A program made the translations under genes and the position numbers. 64,000 nucleotides of DNA from NCBI GenBank assembly GCA_965287045.1, contig OZ336870.1, forward strand, positions 133,672,001 to 133,736,000, given 5' to 3'. Below, in pieces: positions 39,065-53,639 of the stretch. Numbering within the stretch: the first letter of the stretch is position 1; each line of letters starts with the position of its first letter. The notes under the pieces are model-generated. The model saw only the letters and a program-made list of their open reading frames with translations. It was not told the DNA's origin and made no database searches. Source of the DNA: Carcharhinus amblyrhynchos (Eukaryota).

Positions 39065-41390
39065 TTCCAGCTGTAGAATCAATTTGGGTGGAAATAAGAA
39101 ACAGCAAGGGATAGAAAATATTGTGGGCATTGTTTGGAGGCTACCAAACAGCATTGGTAATGTAAATCACAATTTAAAGAGGAAATTCAAGGTGCATGTA
39201 ACATGAGTAATACAGTAATCATGGATGTTTTCAGTCTACATATGGAGTGGGTAATCCCAATTAGTACTAACGTTGTGGAGGATGAATTCTTGGAATGTAT
39301 GCAAGATGGTTTTCTAGCATGGTACATTGAGGAACCAACTAGGAAATGTGTTATTTAGATTTAGTATTATGCAATGAAAAGGACTAATGAATTATCTTGT
39401 TGTAAAGGTGATATAAGAAAGAGTGATCATGATATTGAATTTTATGTTAAGTTTGAAAATGACGCACTTCAATCAGAGATTAGGGTCTTAAATATAAAGA
39501 AAGAAAGAAAACTATGAAGGTACAAAATTAGTTTAGGTAGATTGGGAGTTGGTTAAATGGTGTGATGGTAGACAGGCAATGCCTGACACTTAAAGGGCTC
39601 TCAGAAAGTTTGCAATGAAAAGTCATTCCTTTAATGAAAAAAATCCATCAAGTGAAGTGTTCTAACCATGGCCACTGAAAGAAATCCAGGATTGGATAAA
39701 GAAAGGAAAAATAGAATATGAGAAAAAACATATAAACAGACTGTAATATCTTCTACAAGTATGTAAAAAGGAAAGGAAAACCAAGTGTTGGCCCATAATA
39801 AGCTGAGTTAGTAAGGGCAACACAATGGCTCAGTGGTTACCACTGCTGCCTCACAGTGCCAGTGACCTGGGTTCAATTCCCAGCTTGGGTGACTGTGTGG
39901 AGGTTGCGCGTTTTCCCAGTGTCTATGTGCGTTTCCTCTGGATGCTCCGGTTTCCTCCCACAGTCCAAAACCTATGCTGTTTGGGGGTATTGGCCATGCT
40001 AAATTCTCCCTCAGTGAACCCAAACAGGCGCTGGAGTGTGGCGACCAGGAGGTTTTAACTTCATTACAGTATTAATGTAAGCTTACTTGTGACACTAATA
40101 AATAAACCTGTGAGAGTTTATAATGGAGTATAAGGATATGGCAGATAAACTAAACAAATACTTTGGGGGTGATTTTCCACAAATTCGCCACCAGTGTAAA
40201 TGTTGACACAGGTGCAAAATCTCGCAAGAGTTGGGAAATGAGGTTCTTGCCAGTGAAATCTTGTTTCACAAATTTCCCATCCCTCACCTATGATATAATG
40301 AGGTTCCTACCCTTTAGATTTTAATGATATTGCATGTTATTTAAAGGGCCTCCCCATCACCATACCCCTTCACTGAATACTCAAACATCGCTGATTGATG
40401 AAGGCGGGAACCAGCTGAGGAGATGCTGCCTGGGGCACCATGATATGTATAGACCCTGGGTGGTGAGGAACATGCCCTGGCACATGTTGGCATTATCAGG
40501 TCAGCACAGGCTTCCTATTAGCCTGTGCAGACTTGGCACTGCCAACCTGTTTAAGGGGTAGTGCTGGAGCAGGGCCTCTGGGAAGTCCAGTTGGGGAAGG
40601 GAGGTGGTGGGGGGTGGTGGAGGAAGAAGGCTGTGTCCTTTGAAGTATCTCGCAGTGAGGAGGGAGTCCTGTCATTGAGGGGGAGATCGTGGAGGGGAGG
40701 GAGAGCCCCAGATAATTGTGGGTTGGGTGGAGAGCACCCAGTACCTTTGTGATGATGGCAAGGGGTGGGGGAGTGGCAGAAAGTTAACCTCAGTGCTGAT
40801 CGGTGCACCTTTTACAGATGGCGGCCCAATCTCTGTGGAACCGGCCATGCTGGCTCTATTGGCCTTACCCCACCAGACTGCCAGCATGAACCACACACAG
40901 TTTTTTTGTGTCAGAGCGGTTTTCAGTCATGCCCATCACTCTGACAGGTTATGGGAAAATTCTACCATCTGTGATTGTCTTCTTGGAGGAATATACTAAA
41001 AACCACTCAAAAATAGAGGCAAGTCAAAGGACCCATGTCAATGAGGAACTGCAAGGTATCAATATTATTAAAAAAGAAATCTGGATAAATTAGTGGGACT
41101 TAGAGTGGACAAATCCCCTGGACCTGATGATCTACACTCCATGTGCTAATAGATGTGGTTATAGAGATAGTGGATGCATTGGTAGTCAACTTTAAAAATT
41201 CTATCAACTCTGGAATTGTTACTGCAGATTGAAGGGTGACAAATGTAACCCCACTATTTAAGAAAGGTGGGGGAGAGAAAATGGGAAACTGCAGACCTGT
41301 TAGCCTGATGTAACTGGTAGGGTAAATGCTAGAATCTGTACTAAAGGATGCGATAACAGCACATCGAGAAAATAATGGTTGACTTGGGCA
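39065..41390 (+). mobile_element. Old CR1 ORF2 interrupted by a SINE (39815-40107) and a MITE-like element (~40165-40965)
   Basis: VESIWVEIRN..ILDLVLCNE..DKSPGPD..DWRVTNVTPLFKKG remnants continue across the insertions. Confidence 0.88.
39815..40107 (+). mobile_element. HE1-related SINE with alternative tail
   Basis: As 28517-28822. Confidence 0.9.
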
Positions 41391-42185
41391 GAACTTTCTG
41401 GCTTGTGGATGAGCACGATCAATGGGACTGCAAGCTGATGGGAAATCCATTTCCACCTGCAATCAGCCCCTCTAATCAATTTCACACTGGCTGGCCAATC
41501 GACTGCTGTCTGAACTGAAAGGCATGATGGCACAGGCTGTGCCACCAGCAGAGGTGGGAAGAAGGTGGGCAACAGGGCCTATAGCGGCTCTGGCGGTTTA
41601 AATTGAGCTCTGTGAATGCTGGATGTCTGCGCTCAAGAGTCTTGAGGAGCTGCTTTGAAACTTGCATTTTGGGACACTTCACTTGAGTGAGAGTACTGCT
41701 ACTGTCTCCAGAATGTTATCGTTGTCAACCCCCATCCCCACCCCGTTTTGTTATTCTGAGTCACTCTATCCCTCTGCATTTCAATTAATTGTCAACACCT
41801 GAGAAGGTCACTTGCATTTTAGGTGATTTTTCCAGAGACATACCCAGACATGAGGCATTACTTGTATTTGTACAGAAATCACAAAAGTAGGTCACCTATC
41901 CCTAAACTCCATTTTCTTAGGTAAATTTTCCATTTATGTTTTGCTCTTTAAAAATAATGTGTCCATCTTTTTCATAACTTTGCAAAACTCTGGTAACCCT
42001 GGTCATGGAGGTGGGATCATGGCATCCAATTCCTGTTTCCATTGGGAAAATTCCAATCCTTTATCTGTTTAAGACCAGGGTCTTGTATCACTTTTTAAAT
42101 TATTTTATCAACTTACCTTGTCACCTTCAAAAATTTTTATACATAAACCACTGGGCCTCTCTGTTCCTATGCCAATGTATCCAAC

Positions 42186-42245
42186 GACTTTTGCTACCAA
42201 ATAAACCTGTTGGACTTTAACCTGGTGTTGTGAGACTTCTTACTG
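42186..42245. mobile_element. 60-bp Penelope-like pLTR fragment
   Basis: Matches an arm of 16651-16875; TSD AATGTATCCAAC at 42174-42185 and 42246-42257. Confidence 0.85.
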
Positions 42246-43144
42246 AATGTATCCAACCCCAGAGACTTATCAACTGGGGTCATGTTTCACTTTGCCAGTA
42301 TTGGTTATTTTTAAAGCCATGCATTGCTCTCACCAGAAATACTGTGATGACTACTTGTTTGGTTCTGTGAATGATCAGCTTATTTCAAAATACTGCTTCG
42401 CTTCAGGTGATAAATTAGTTATGTGTAACATCTATTAGGAGTAATCTACTGACACTCTAGGAGGTGCTCTTTGTATCTTGAATTTTATGCATGTTTGGCA
42501 GCTTTTTATTTGATTTTTAAAAATGCTTATTTGATTTAATTTTTTCCTGTGAAACTCAAAAGGAGCTGGAATGGATATATTGGACAGCATTCTGTCAATT
42601 CCTTAGGTGCCATCAAGGCGCTCAGTGGGTTTGACAAAATCCCACATACACATTATGTTGAGGCCACTGATGTGGATCTAGATTAGCAAAGGGTAATGTC
42701 ATCTGGTATTTCTGTACTGAGAAGGAGTAAATAAAGTTTTGTAAACTACTGTGCCCTGCTGTACTGTCACTAGCTACTGATTGTCTGTTACTTGTAACAA
42801 AGCTGCTGTTTAATTTATAACCTATGCCACGTACCTCTCCAGGTTCAATGGCATGTTTGTTTTCTAAACTTATATACGCTCATGAAAGATTGCTAATATG
42901 GGTTCCTATGCTATCCCTGGGCTCCCAAAATTACCAGTTACTCTTTGTCTGGCCATACTCTAGTTTATAGAGAGTGACATTGAACAGACATTAAAGATAA
43001 TGGAAAGATCTGCGAACCATAACAAGTGTTACAGTTTGAATCTTATTCAATGTTAAACTTTGTTTTCAATTTATCTGCCTAATTAACAACTAATTTAAAC
43101 CCTTCTACAAATCTTCATCTATACCCTTTGAACTAGAGCAACTA

Positions 43145-43880
43145 AGTATCAGGGGTGGGGGGGACGGAGTGGTGAAGTAACCTGTAAGGGTAGATGCAAG
43201 AAGCTGCAAGGAGATATTAAATAGGTTCAATGAGTGGATAAAAACATGACAGGTAGAATATATGTATGAAGTTATATAGCATAATTTAAAATGTTGAGTG
43301 ACTGGGAAATATTGGTACTCAAAGGTACCTGTGTATCCTTGTACATGAATCACGAAGTTAGCATGCTGGTAAGCAAGTAAATAGCCTTTATTTCAAAATA
43401 TTTTTAGAAAAGTAAGGAAGTGTTGGTGTAATTTTATAGGATCACGTGAGATCACATTTGGACTCCCGTGTTCAGTGAATTGTGAATTTCAGTACTGTGT
43501 CTTCTTTGCAGAATGAATAATATACTTGCCTTAGAGGCAATACAACATAAGTTTATTTGTACTTAATTGTGGAACGAGGGGATTGTCCAAGGAGGAAGAG
43601 ATTGAGTGAATAGGCCTATATTCTTTTAGAAAAATTAAGTAATCTTACTAAAACAGAAAGTTATTAAGAGCTTGATGGGATAAATGCTGGGAGGATGTAT
43701 ACCCTAACTAGAGCTTCTAGAACCAGGGGTAATTGTCTCAAAATTAGGGACTGGCTGTTAACTGAGACTGAAGAAATTTTTTCACTTAAAGCGTAAATAA
43801 ATAAATCTGGAATAAATGTAGAAAATGCTTGAAAATTTTCAGCAGGCCAGGTTATGGAAGGAAAACTGTTCTGAAAGGTT
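43145..43880 (+). mobile_element. Old CR1 RT-to-3' fragment
   Basis: KLQGDINRFNEWIKT.QVEY and SRTRG..LKIR remnants. Confidence 0.8.
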
Positions 43881-44786
43881 ATTGTCCTAAAAAATTGGGC
43901 TAGATTTTCAATTTTCCATGTGGGTGAAGTCAGGTGTGGGCGTGTTTTGAAAATATAAATCTTGGACGGTATGTCAGTCTTCCAAAGCACTGGAGTGTTC
44001 AATGGGAGTATGTGGGTGCTGTGGGGGGGGGGGGGGGGGGGGGTGGGGGGGGTGGTCAGATAGGATGCTGGCAACCCACACACTGCCATTAACTTGATGT
44101 TCAGCTCATTGCATGTTTACAGGTTGGGGAGGTACCGAATCAAATTTTCAGAATGAATAACAGGAAGAATGAATGGTCTGGGACATATCGGTGCACAGCT
44201 GTTGGGAGCACAGAAGGAACTATTACTTATTATGGCTGCTGATTTAAAATCTTAGCAGAAAACAATTTAGTTGAACTGAGATGCTCATGCGGTGATGCAG
44301 ATTTGTCATTGTTTGAGCTGAACAGTTTATGTACCTCATGAGAAAGCGTATTGACACTTAGTTGGATGCTGAGGCTACAGGTCCTCTGATCTTCTGTCTG
44401 CTCTATTGATGCATGCAATAGCAAGCTCAGTCATGGCTGCTGTCAGCCTTTGACCTCCAGAACTAGTTGTAGGCTCCAGGCAGCATCCAATTCTACTGAC
44501 TTGAAACCGATGTTACTTCTGGTACAATTGGAGATTTTGCATTTCAAAATTGTTGAGTTACTGACACTAACGTAGCATGGAGTTGGGATCTGGAAATGAC
44601 CCAAATGTTGGATTCCCGAAGATCCAGTTGGTGACTCTTGACAAATGCTGCTTGACCTGCTGTGTATTTCCAAGCTATTCCACAGCCGACTATAAAAGGA
44701 AAGCAGATGATATAAAAATATCATCTTAGGTGTAAGATGCATTAAAGAAATAAAAGAATATATGAATTGCTATAACTGTGACAATT

Positions 44787-45143
44787 TGATTATTGACACA
44801 TGTATAAGTATGCAGTGAGAGTATTGTTTCTTGCATGCTAAACAGACAAAGCATACCATTCATAGAGAAGGAAACGAAAGAGTTCAGAATGTAGTGTTAC
44901 AGTCATAGCTAGGGTCTAGACAAAGATCAACTTAATGTAAGATAGGCCCATTCAAAAGTCTGTTGGCAGCAGGGAAGAAGCTGTTCTTGAGTCGGTTGGC
45001 ATGTGACCTCAGACTTTTATATCTTTTTCCCAATGGAAGCAGGTGGAAGAGAGAGTATCTGGAATGCATGGGGTCCTTAATTATGCTGGCTGCTTTGCTG
45101 AGACAGTGGGAAGTGTAGACAGTGTCAATGAATGGGAGGTGGG
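44787..45143 (-). mobile_element. Rex1/Babar-like LINE 3' end
   Basis: Minus strand encodes remnants of AASIIKDP.H..LPxGKRYKSL..NRLKNSFFP. Confidence 0.75.
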
Positions 45144-47439
45144 ACTATCTACCGAAAAAAAAAGTCAGGGAAAGGGAAGGAATTGAAAACTCACAGGTTC
45201 AGGTCTGTTATTAAAACAGTACATGGTAGCAAAACACTAAATTCACCAGTTCCAAAAATAAAAAGAAGACCAACACCATGTCAGTTGACCTGCTCTCTCA
45301 CCAGTGCCATGTTGTGGGAGTTATACAGTGGGATTTTCTGATCCTGCCCAACTTCAACTGGAAATTCCCGCCCAAGGTCAACAGATCTTTCAATGGTCTG
45401 TCAAATTCCTGTGGTGGGTGGGCCCGGAAGATTTACCCTGATGGGATTCCATGCAGAAATTCTCATTAAAGTCACTGTGTTAAGCTATAGCATAAACATC
45501 CCAACCCTCTCCAAAGGCTTTTTGCTCAATTTGAGTGAGTGACGTGAACATCTAAAATATCATAAGTGTATGGTGTGGGAATGAAGGCTGGAGGTGGCAG
45601 ATGTCATTTTAATCAATAAATCTGCTAGAATGGTCTGATTTACCACCAATGGAAGCTATACGTTAAGCCTGCATTTTCAAACCTTATATTTGTGATCATA
45701 GCCATATCATTCAGCTCTTTGCAGAGCTCTGAATGTTTCTTTTTAATTTGAATTTGCCACAGGGGAGTGTGTGATATTTTGGGCTTAAGTTGTCTATGAC
45801 TGCCTGGTTACCTTGATCCATTGAAACTGACAGATAGCAGTACGGTGGTCAGTAATTCACTGTAAACTGCTTCCACTTCACTTCTTTAACTTCATTAGAA
45901 TTGTGTGGGAACCACATTTAGGTATATAAATAAGCTGTTCACTGAAGCTATGGTGGTAGAGCAGGGGCAGTTTCAAGAAAATTCATGATCAATGTGTTTC
46001 TCCAGGGCCAGATTTTGTCGTCAAGATATTGATGCCACTTGTGGGCTGTGGTTTCGTGGCTGTGTTAGCCATGGGCACAATTCCCACAATGGCTGAGATA
46101 CCTAAGATGCATTTCTTGACGGCGACATTTTATTTTGTGATTTTACCAGCCCTCCCCTGATCACATGATCAAGTTCCCACTCAGGAAGGTTGCAAGCCTG
46201 ATTTGCATCCATTACCATCTCATTACCAGATATCAGGGTGCATCATTCATCCAGCTGGTAGGATGTCATGTTGACACAAATCACTACTGTTCTTAAAAAG
46301 ACAGGAATCTGTCTCCATGACCTTTGAGATCGAAGTTGGAGGCATGCATGCATTTCACACTGTCCACAATGGAGTCATGTGGGAACAATCAGGGGCCAAG
46401 TTGTCAGGGCTCTGTGATCGACCTTGCAAGGGTCAGTAAGGTTGCAGAGGTCATAGAGGCTCCATAGGGTCGGGGGGCTCTGAGGGTGGTGGGCATGAGG
46501 GGTGTGGGACTCTTGTTCTGTGTTTTGCAGCCAACCTGGCCAACTGGGGTGGGTGCGTGCCCTCATGACAATGCTTGATGGAGCCCTCTGGAGAGGCTGC
46601 TTGCTGCTGCTGAGGATTTACTATCCAGTAATGTTTATTATGGACGGCTGACAGCTATGAGTTCCCTGATGGCTGCTGCTTAAGTTACCAGGGTGCCTGT
46701 TAGCACAGCCATATACTAAAGCAAGAACCAAGTATGCCCAGTTAGTGAGCTGAGATTTTTGCTGTGACACTGACCATCAAGAGGTAACCCTTTGTACCAT
46801 CAGCTCTCCACAGCTATATATCAAAGGCTGACCCTCAACTTTTAGCGAAAGGGCTAACTGACCTAGTTCATCAGAGACAAAGGCCAAGGGGTTCACCACT
46901 TCCCAGAACACCCAATCCCTGCATTGGCAGTCCCATTGAGTTCTACCCCCTCTTCCGAAGGTCTACCTCACCTCTAAATGTGAACGACTGGTGTGACCAG
47001 GAAACCCAAGACCTTCCTGAAGGAGCTTTCTGTGATTCCATGCACATGGGCAGGTGGGCTCATCATGACATGGTTCCAAGAGGTCCAGGATTAGGGAGGA
47101 GACTTGGGTGACCCCTCTGGACATGGTGCCTCCTATGCAGTATGGGGGGAGTGCAGGGAGGTGGCTCAAGAGGGCTAACATCTCAGGGAGCTGGTGATGG
47201 AGAGTTCCCTAATGTGAACTGTCAACTCAGTGCAGGAGGGTGATAATGACTTGCAGTGAGGCAAGGGCTGTCTGTGATGCTAGGATGCTGACTTCTCGTG
47301 TGACAAAAATGTCTTCTGGCTGAAGCACTAATAGAGGAAAGCTGGTAGAGAAGTCAAATGTATTAATTCAGTTATGTTTCCTCATTGCAATCTGAATGCC
47401 AGCAAACTGTCTTTCTTCCCGTCTCCAATTGCATCATAT

Positions 47440-49710
47440 TTCTTATTGAAAATTTCAGATAATTCATTACAGAGAAATGTGAAGATTCATTTTGGTAGGA
47501 TGAACACAGAGTGACAATATAAGATTAGAGGTACAATTCCGAAGGATGTGCGGGAGTAGAGGGGTGTGGGTGCATTTGCACAGATCATTAATGGTGGCAG
47601 GACAGGTTAATAGTGAAGTTTTAAAAAATTCATTTACGGGATGTGGGTGTGACTGGCTAGACCAGGACTGATTTAGTGTCCATCCCTAGTTACCCTTGAG
47701 AAGGTTATGTGAGCTGCCTTCTTAAACTGCTGCCGTCCCTGAGGTATAGATAGACCCACAGTGCTGTTAAGGAAGGAATTTCAGGATTTTTATTCAATGT
47801 CATTGAAGGAATGGTGATATATTTCCAGGAATGACCAATATATTTCCAAGACAAGATGATGAGTGACTTGGAGGGGAACTTCCAAGTGGTCTGGACCCAG
47901 GTATTTGCTGCTCTTGTCCTTCTAAATGGTAGTGGTTGTGAGTTGTAAGCTGTTGAGTTTGGAGGACGCTGCCTAAAAAACCTTGGTGAGTTCCTGCAGT
48001 GCGTCTTGTAGATGGTACATGTGGCTACTACTGTTCATCGGGTGGTGGATTGAATGAGGATGGTTCTCACTTCATTGAGCATTGCCAGAGCTGCATTCAG
48101 CCAGGCCAGTGGAGTGTATTCCACCACACTTCTTTCTTTTGCCTTGTAAATTGTAGACAGGCTTTGGGGAATCAGAAGGTGAGTTGCATGCCAAAGGATT
48201 TCTAGCCTTTGATCTGCTCTTGTAGCCACAGACTTTATGGCTAATCCAATTCCGTTTTTTGTCAGTTATAACTCTTAGGATACTGACAGTTGGGGATTCA
48301 GCATTGGTAATGTCGTTGAATGTCAAGAGTGATGGTTAGATCCTCTGTTGTTGGAGATAGACATTGCCGGGCATTTGGGGTGGCATGATGGCAGTGGTTA
48401 GCATTGCTGCCTCATAGAGCTAGGGACCTGGGTTTGATTCTGGTCTTGGCTGATTGTCTGTGTAAAGTTTGCATGTTCTCTGTGTCTGCGTGGGTTTCCT
48501 CCAGGTGCTCTGGTATTCTCCCACTGTCTGAGGATGTGCAGGTTAGGTGGATTGACCGTGCTAAACTGCCCCTTGGTGTCCCAATATGTGTAGGTTAGAT
48601 GGGTTAGCCATGGTGAATGTACAGTGTGATAGGGTGGAGGAAAGGGCCTGCCTAAGATACTCTGTCAGGGAGTCAGTGTAGACTGAATGGGCTAAATGGC
48701 CTCCTCCTGCACTGTTGGGATTCTATAAGAATGTTACTTACCACTTGTCAGCCCAACTCTCCACATTGTCTAGATCTTGTTGCACTTGGGCATGGACTAC
48801 CTCAGTGTCTGAGGAGTTACAAATGGTGCTGAATATTGTGCAGTCATTTGTGAACATTCCCATATCTGATCTAATGATGGAAGGAAGATCATTGATGATG
48901 CAACTGAAGATATTTTGGCCTAGAATTCCCTGAGGAATTCCTGCAGTGATGACCTGCAGCTAAGATGACTGACTTCCAGGCGCCACAACCATCTTCCTTT
49001 GTGCCAAGTATGATTCCAATCAGTGGAGAGTTTTCCCCCTGATTCCCATTGATTATAATTTTGCTAGGGTTCCTTGATGCCACACTTGGTAAATTGCTGA
49101 CTAGATGTCAAGGGCAGATACTCTCACCTCACCTCTGGAGTTCAGTTAATAAAGCATACAGCATTCTAGGCTCTATTAGTATGGGCATAGAGCATAAAGG
49201 AAGTTATGTTAAATTTGTATAGAATACTGGAAAATTCCATCTAGTGCTAGTTCCACAGTTTAAGAGATATATAGGCGTACAGTGAGAGTGCAGAAAACAT
49301 TCTCAAGAATGAGGATGAGGAACTTCAGCTATATTGATAGATTGGGGAAGAGAAGGGTGAGAGATAGTTTGATAGAAGTATTCAGAATCATAATGGGCCT
49401 GGACAAAGCAGGGTAAAACAGTTCTTCCTGGTGGAAGATTTGAGAAGGAGAGCAATTTTAAGGTTATTGACAGATGAAGCAATGAAGATAGGAGGAAAAA
49501 TTTTCATAGAACAAGTGGTTAAGATGTGGAATGCACTGGCTTGAGACTGTTGGACACAGATTAAATTGAAGCTTTAAAGCAAGAATTGGGTTGTTATCTG
49601 AAAAAGTAGAATGTAAGGGTTGCAGAGAGACAGGGTATGCTTCTTTTGAGAACTGGTGCAGACACAATGGACTGAATGGCCTTGTGGTTTAACAATTCTG
49701 TGATTACAAC
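47440..49710. mobile_element. Nested repeats: CR1 (+) split by a CR1/L2-clade LINE (-, ~47625-49145), itself split by an HE1 SINE (+, 48377-48727)
   Basis: CR1 sequence resumes at AGTTAATAAAGCATAC; LINE ORF remnants 48035-48326; full SINE. Confidence 0.85.
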
Positions 49711-50715
49711 CACATCAAAGTTGAAGTAGATAAAGCAGAGAATGTTATTAGAAAGTTACACAAAACTCAGCAGGTGGTATATGAAAAATGGCATTCAGAT
49801 ATGCAATATTGCACTGGAGATTTTAATTTGGGGGAAAAAGAACCTAACTTATTATTTGATCTAGTCACATGATTAATGATGATAAATATAAATTTCTATC
49901 ACAATTTCAGTGCAATTTCACAGTGTGCTGCTTTTTGGAATGACGGTAGGTTTTGTTAGTTAAAATGAAGCCTAAATTAAGCTGTTAGTGTCTTTGGTAA
50001 CCTAGAAGATGCTTCATGAATTCTTGAAACCCATATAATCTTTATAAATATAGTAAGGTGGGCATTTGATTTTAGACTTGTAAGTGGTGTTTGGACTCCA
50101 TTCCACTCTCTTCTAATCTAAATCCAAAGCCATAAAATGGCTTCTAAGTAATGTTTTCCATTTTCCAAAAATAGCATTCATTGCACAGAGTTCTTATTGG
50201 GCAGTTTTTCTTTACCTTGTGAACTGTTAAAATTGTGGGGGTGGGGTGCAGGGGTAAGTGCTGCTATTTCAGCTACCTATGTGCCCCTTGCACGTCAGGC
50301 ATTATAATTTGGCTCACACTTCAGTGTTCAATTGAGAAAGGGGCTGTATTTTGGCTTCTGAGGTGTAAGCTTGAGCTGGGAAATTTCTTGACCTGTCCAC
50401 CTGCTTCAGTCAGAAGTGCCTTAAAGCACAAACATTTTCACTTTAAGGAGCAGGTACAGAATGAAGTCAGGAGTGCCAACAACAGAAACAGATGCTAGCA
50501 GGACAGCAGTATGGGCGAGTACCAATGCAGACTTGTTAGAAGGTTCACAGACATTTTGGTTCCAGTTGTTTTTGAAAAAAATTGAGCTCACGAGCCTTCA
50601 TCTCCTCAACTGCCCCCTCCCCCATGACACCGCGCATCCAAAATTTCAATTTAATTCTAACTCACCCATGTTCCACCATTGACAGACCTCATGAGCCATG
50701 TGAGGATGAAAAACA

Positions 50716-50845
50716 GTAAGAAGTCTCACAACACCAGGTTAAAATCCAACAGGTTTATTTGGTAGCAAAACATGTTGGACTTTAATCTGGTGTTGTGAGA
50801 CTTCTTACTGTGTTTATCCCAGTCCAACGCTGGCATCTCCAGATC
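50716..50845 (+). mobile_element. Short palindromic Penelope-like pLTR insertion (lacks hammerhead core)
   Basis: Same 5' start and 3' tail as 16651-16875; 13-bp TSD AGGATGAAAAACA at 50703-50715 and 50846-50858. Confidence 0.9.
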
Positions 50846-53639
50846 AGGATGAAAAACAACAGACTTCTGAAAATCTAATACTGGTCTCACTATTAAGACT
50901 TGAAAATCAAAATACTCCCATCTGAGAAAGTGTCAGAGATTTTGAATCTTTTCAAGGGGCTAATCTCTTAAAAAAGCAAATTTACATTCATGCATCCAAT
51001 CTTTCAATAGCGTCTTTAATCTGTAAATAAAACTGAACTCAGAACCGTCTGCTGAGATAATTATAGTTTTGAAATTAGGCCAAGCATTCATAATGAGTAG
51101 CCTATATAGAAGTGTCAACAAAGAATTACATTGCAATTCTTGAGCAGATGCTGCATCAACTGACCCTATCAGTCAAAGTACCAGCAGAGGCTTTTTTTAA
51201 CAATCACAAGTAGTTATAGCTAGTTGATTTTACAAATTCAAGAGGGAGGATGGAATTTATGAAAATTCCAGATCATTGACAGTTAGGCAAACCTTATCCA
51301 CCCTTCAAGAGCATTCACATCTACTCCATAAATTCATGACTGCCATGCTGTGGGTTAAGGCCCTTGCAACAGCCAAGATGTGGCCTATATGTAGTCAGAA
51401 CTAAGTTCAAATGGCCCTGCTGAATTTAGGTTTCCCTCCTGTCTGATTTAGGCCACATTTCTTTTCCCTACTGGCAAAATGTGTTTCATTGGAAATGGGG
51501 ATGAGAATTCCTCATCAGATCCCATCTGCCATTTTTAAGGTTGGCAGAGTCAGCCCTGGATGTCTTCCAGAAAGTTGCAGAGTGGACAATATGATACCTA
51601 TTTTCCTAAAAAAAAAGATGGGCATCAGCTGGGTAATTATGGGTCCATTAGTTTAACATATGGAATCCTTTAATTAAAGACAACAAACCTCGGCTTGGAG
51701 TTTCCTGAGCTGTCACTCTCAGCTTAGAAACTGAGCTGGTTGTTTGCCCCAGCATGTGTTTGTACCCAGAGCTTGCAGTCTATTTCTCACAAATGATTGA
51801 AAACATATGCAGTCACACATTTGTGCATGATCTTCACCATTTTCCTGAGGGTTATGTTAATTTCCCATCAGAGCTGTGACACAAGATGGGGAGATTCCCT
51901 TTGGAATTTCAAGGTAGAAGGCTTTTAAAGTGAAGCGACTTGAAGAGTGGAGTTGATTAACTACTTGCGTCATAGCACAAGAGTTTCTCTGTTATTTTTG
52001 GGCCAAAATTTGCATTATAAATTATGGTCACACCTGTTTGATGATTTGGCACTTAGTGCAACTTTTAACGAAGTTTTCTGGCACAGTTCACAATTCTTGC
52101 TATAATTCTCACTACAACATGATTCTTGGCTGCTTCCTGCAAAGAGTGTTGTAGCAATGGCCTACTGCAATCCATCCACAACCATCTGTTGTATGTAACA
52201 CTGATATTGTACTTAACAAGATATCAAAAGTTTTGGAATTAATATTGGTGAATAGTGCAATATGCTGGTGTTCCAACATGTTGCACTGTGGAGTGGCTCA
52301 ACAAACCTTCCTAGCCATATCCTACCCAAGCTGAGTTACTAATTAAAGCTGTGTTTCTTTTGGAAGGTGTTAAGCAATGGTCTGATATTTCCCTGCAGGC
52401 ATAGTGGAAAAATCTATTTTTTGAGCAGGGGAGAGAAAGTAACTTATTGTGCTGTTTCTCTGGAGGATCCAGAGGAGAACCTCCTTTGAATTTCAAAGCA
52501 ATAGAGGTTTACAGGGAGGCTATTCTGCTCGTTGTCTCTGGCTGATATTCGCCGTGCATCCAAACTCTCCTTAGTAATGTGTCATTCTTCGCTTTAAATA
52601 TTTGCCTTAATTTCCCTTAAAAGAAAGGTGCAATGGTGTCTATTTAAACCATTCTCCTGAGCAAAACGTTTCATGTTCCAGCAATCTTCTGCATTTTCCT
52701 AGCCTCCCTTACAATATGGTATTAAGTGAGAAGGCCAACTTAAATTCATAAAGCAAACACATGACATTCCACGTAGACAGCAGAAATTTCATTCTTGTTT
52801 ATTTGCTGAACGTTGAAAAGGATGTGGCCAAATATTGGACTAATATGTTAACCAGTTTCTCTAGCACAATTGGCAGAACTTAAGCAAAAATAAATATTTG
52901 ACTCAAGATCAGACTGAACATAAAAGCAAGTAAAGCCCTTAGTTCTTAGAATAATCTGTATCATGGGACATTTGTAATTACTTATATTTATTTGAAAAAG
53001 TGGCAGTACTCTGTTAAGCACTTTTCTTGTAATTGGAAATCTCTGCACATGTAATGTTTCATTAATTTCAAAAGCTTAAAGTGGTGAACCAGTGCATGGT
53101 GGCAATGCAAGGGCACTTTGCAGAAAGCAGAAGTTATTCCTCGAGTTTTAGAGGTGAGTTCCATCAAAACATACTGCACATCATTACTGCCACTGAATTT
53201 AGAGATCAAATTCCGCTGATTTTTAACAGGTCCAGCAGAGACGGAGGAAGAAAATGTTTTCACAAACAAGTAATTAAGGCAATTTATTACAATATTTGGT
53301 TGGTAGATTTTAATTGCCAGCATGCTTTCAGTGGGAACTCACACTGGCAAGTTAAATTGCTGTTCGTCTATGAGAGAATGTAACTTGGTCTGTTGTAATG
53401 ACGGGGCAGCATTTAAACCCCACTGATTGGCTTCACACCCGGGCCACGTAAAGAGCTTGAGGTGTTGACAAGTTACATGACGCCAAGGCCTCCTGCTGAA
53501 ATAAGACAAGTGGTATGATTAGGTTCTGGAAATGCCTCATGCTTGGGAATGGTGGGATGGTAAGGAATGTCATGAGTTGTGGCAGAGGTGACTCTTTACT
53601 TGGGTCTCGATATTCACTCTGACTTGGTACTATAATGGA

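Noticed and set aside
53395-53495. CpG-containing stretch with CCAAT/CRE-like motifs as a promoter
   Set aside because: Coincides with the GGLG motif of L copy 3; residual viral CpGs explain it.
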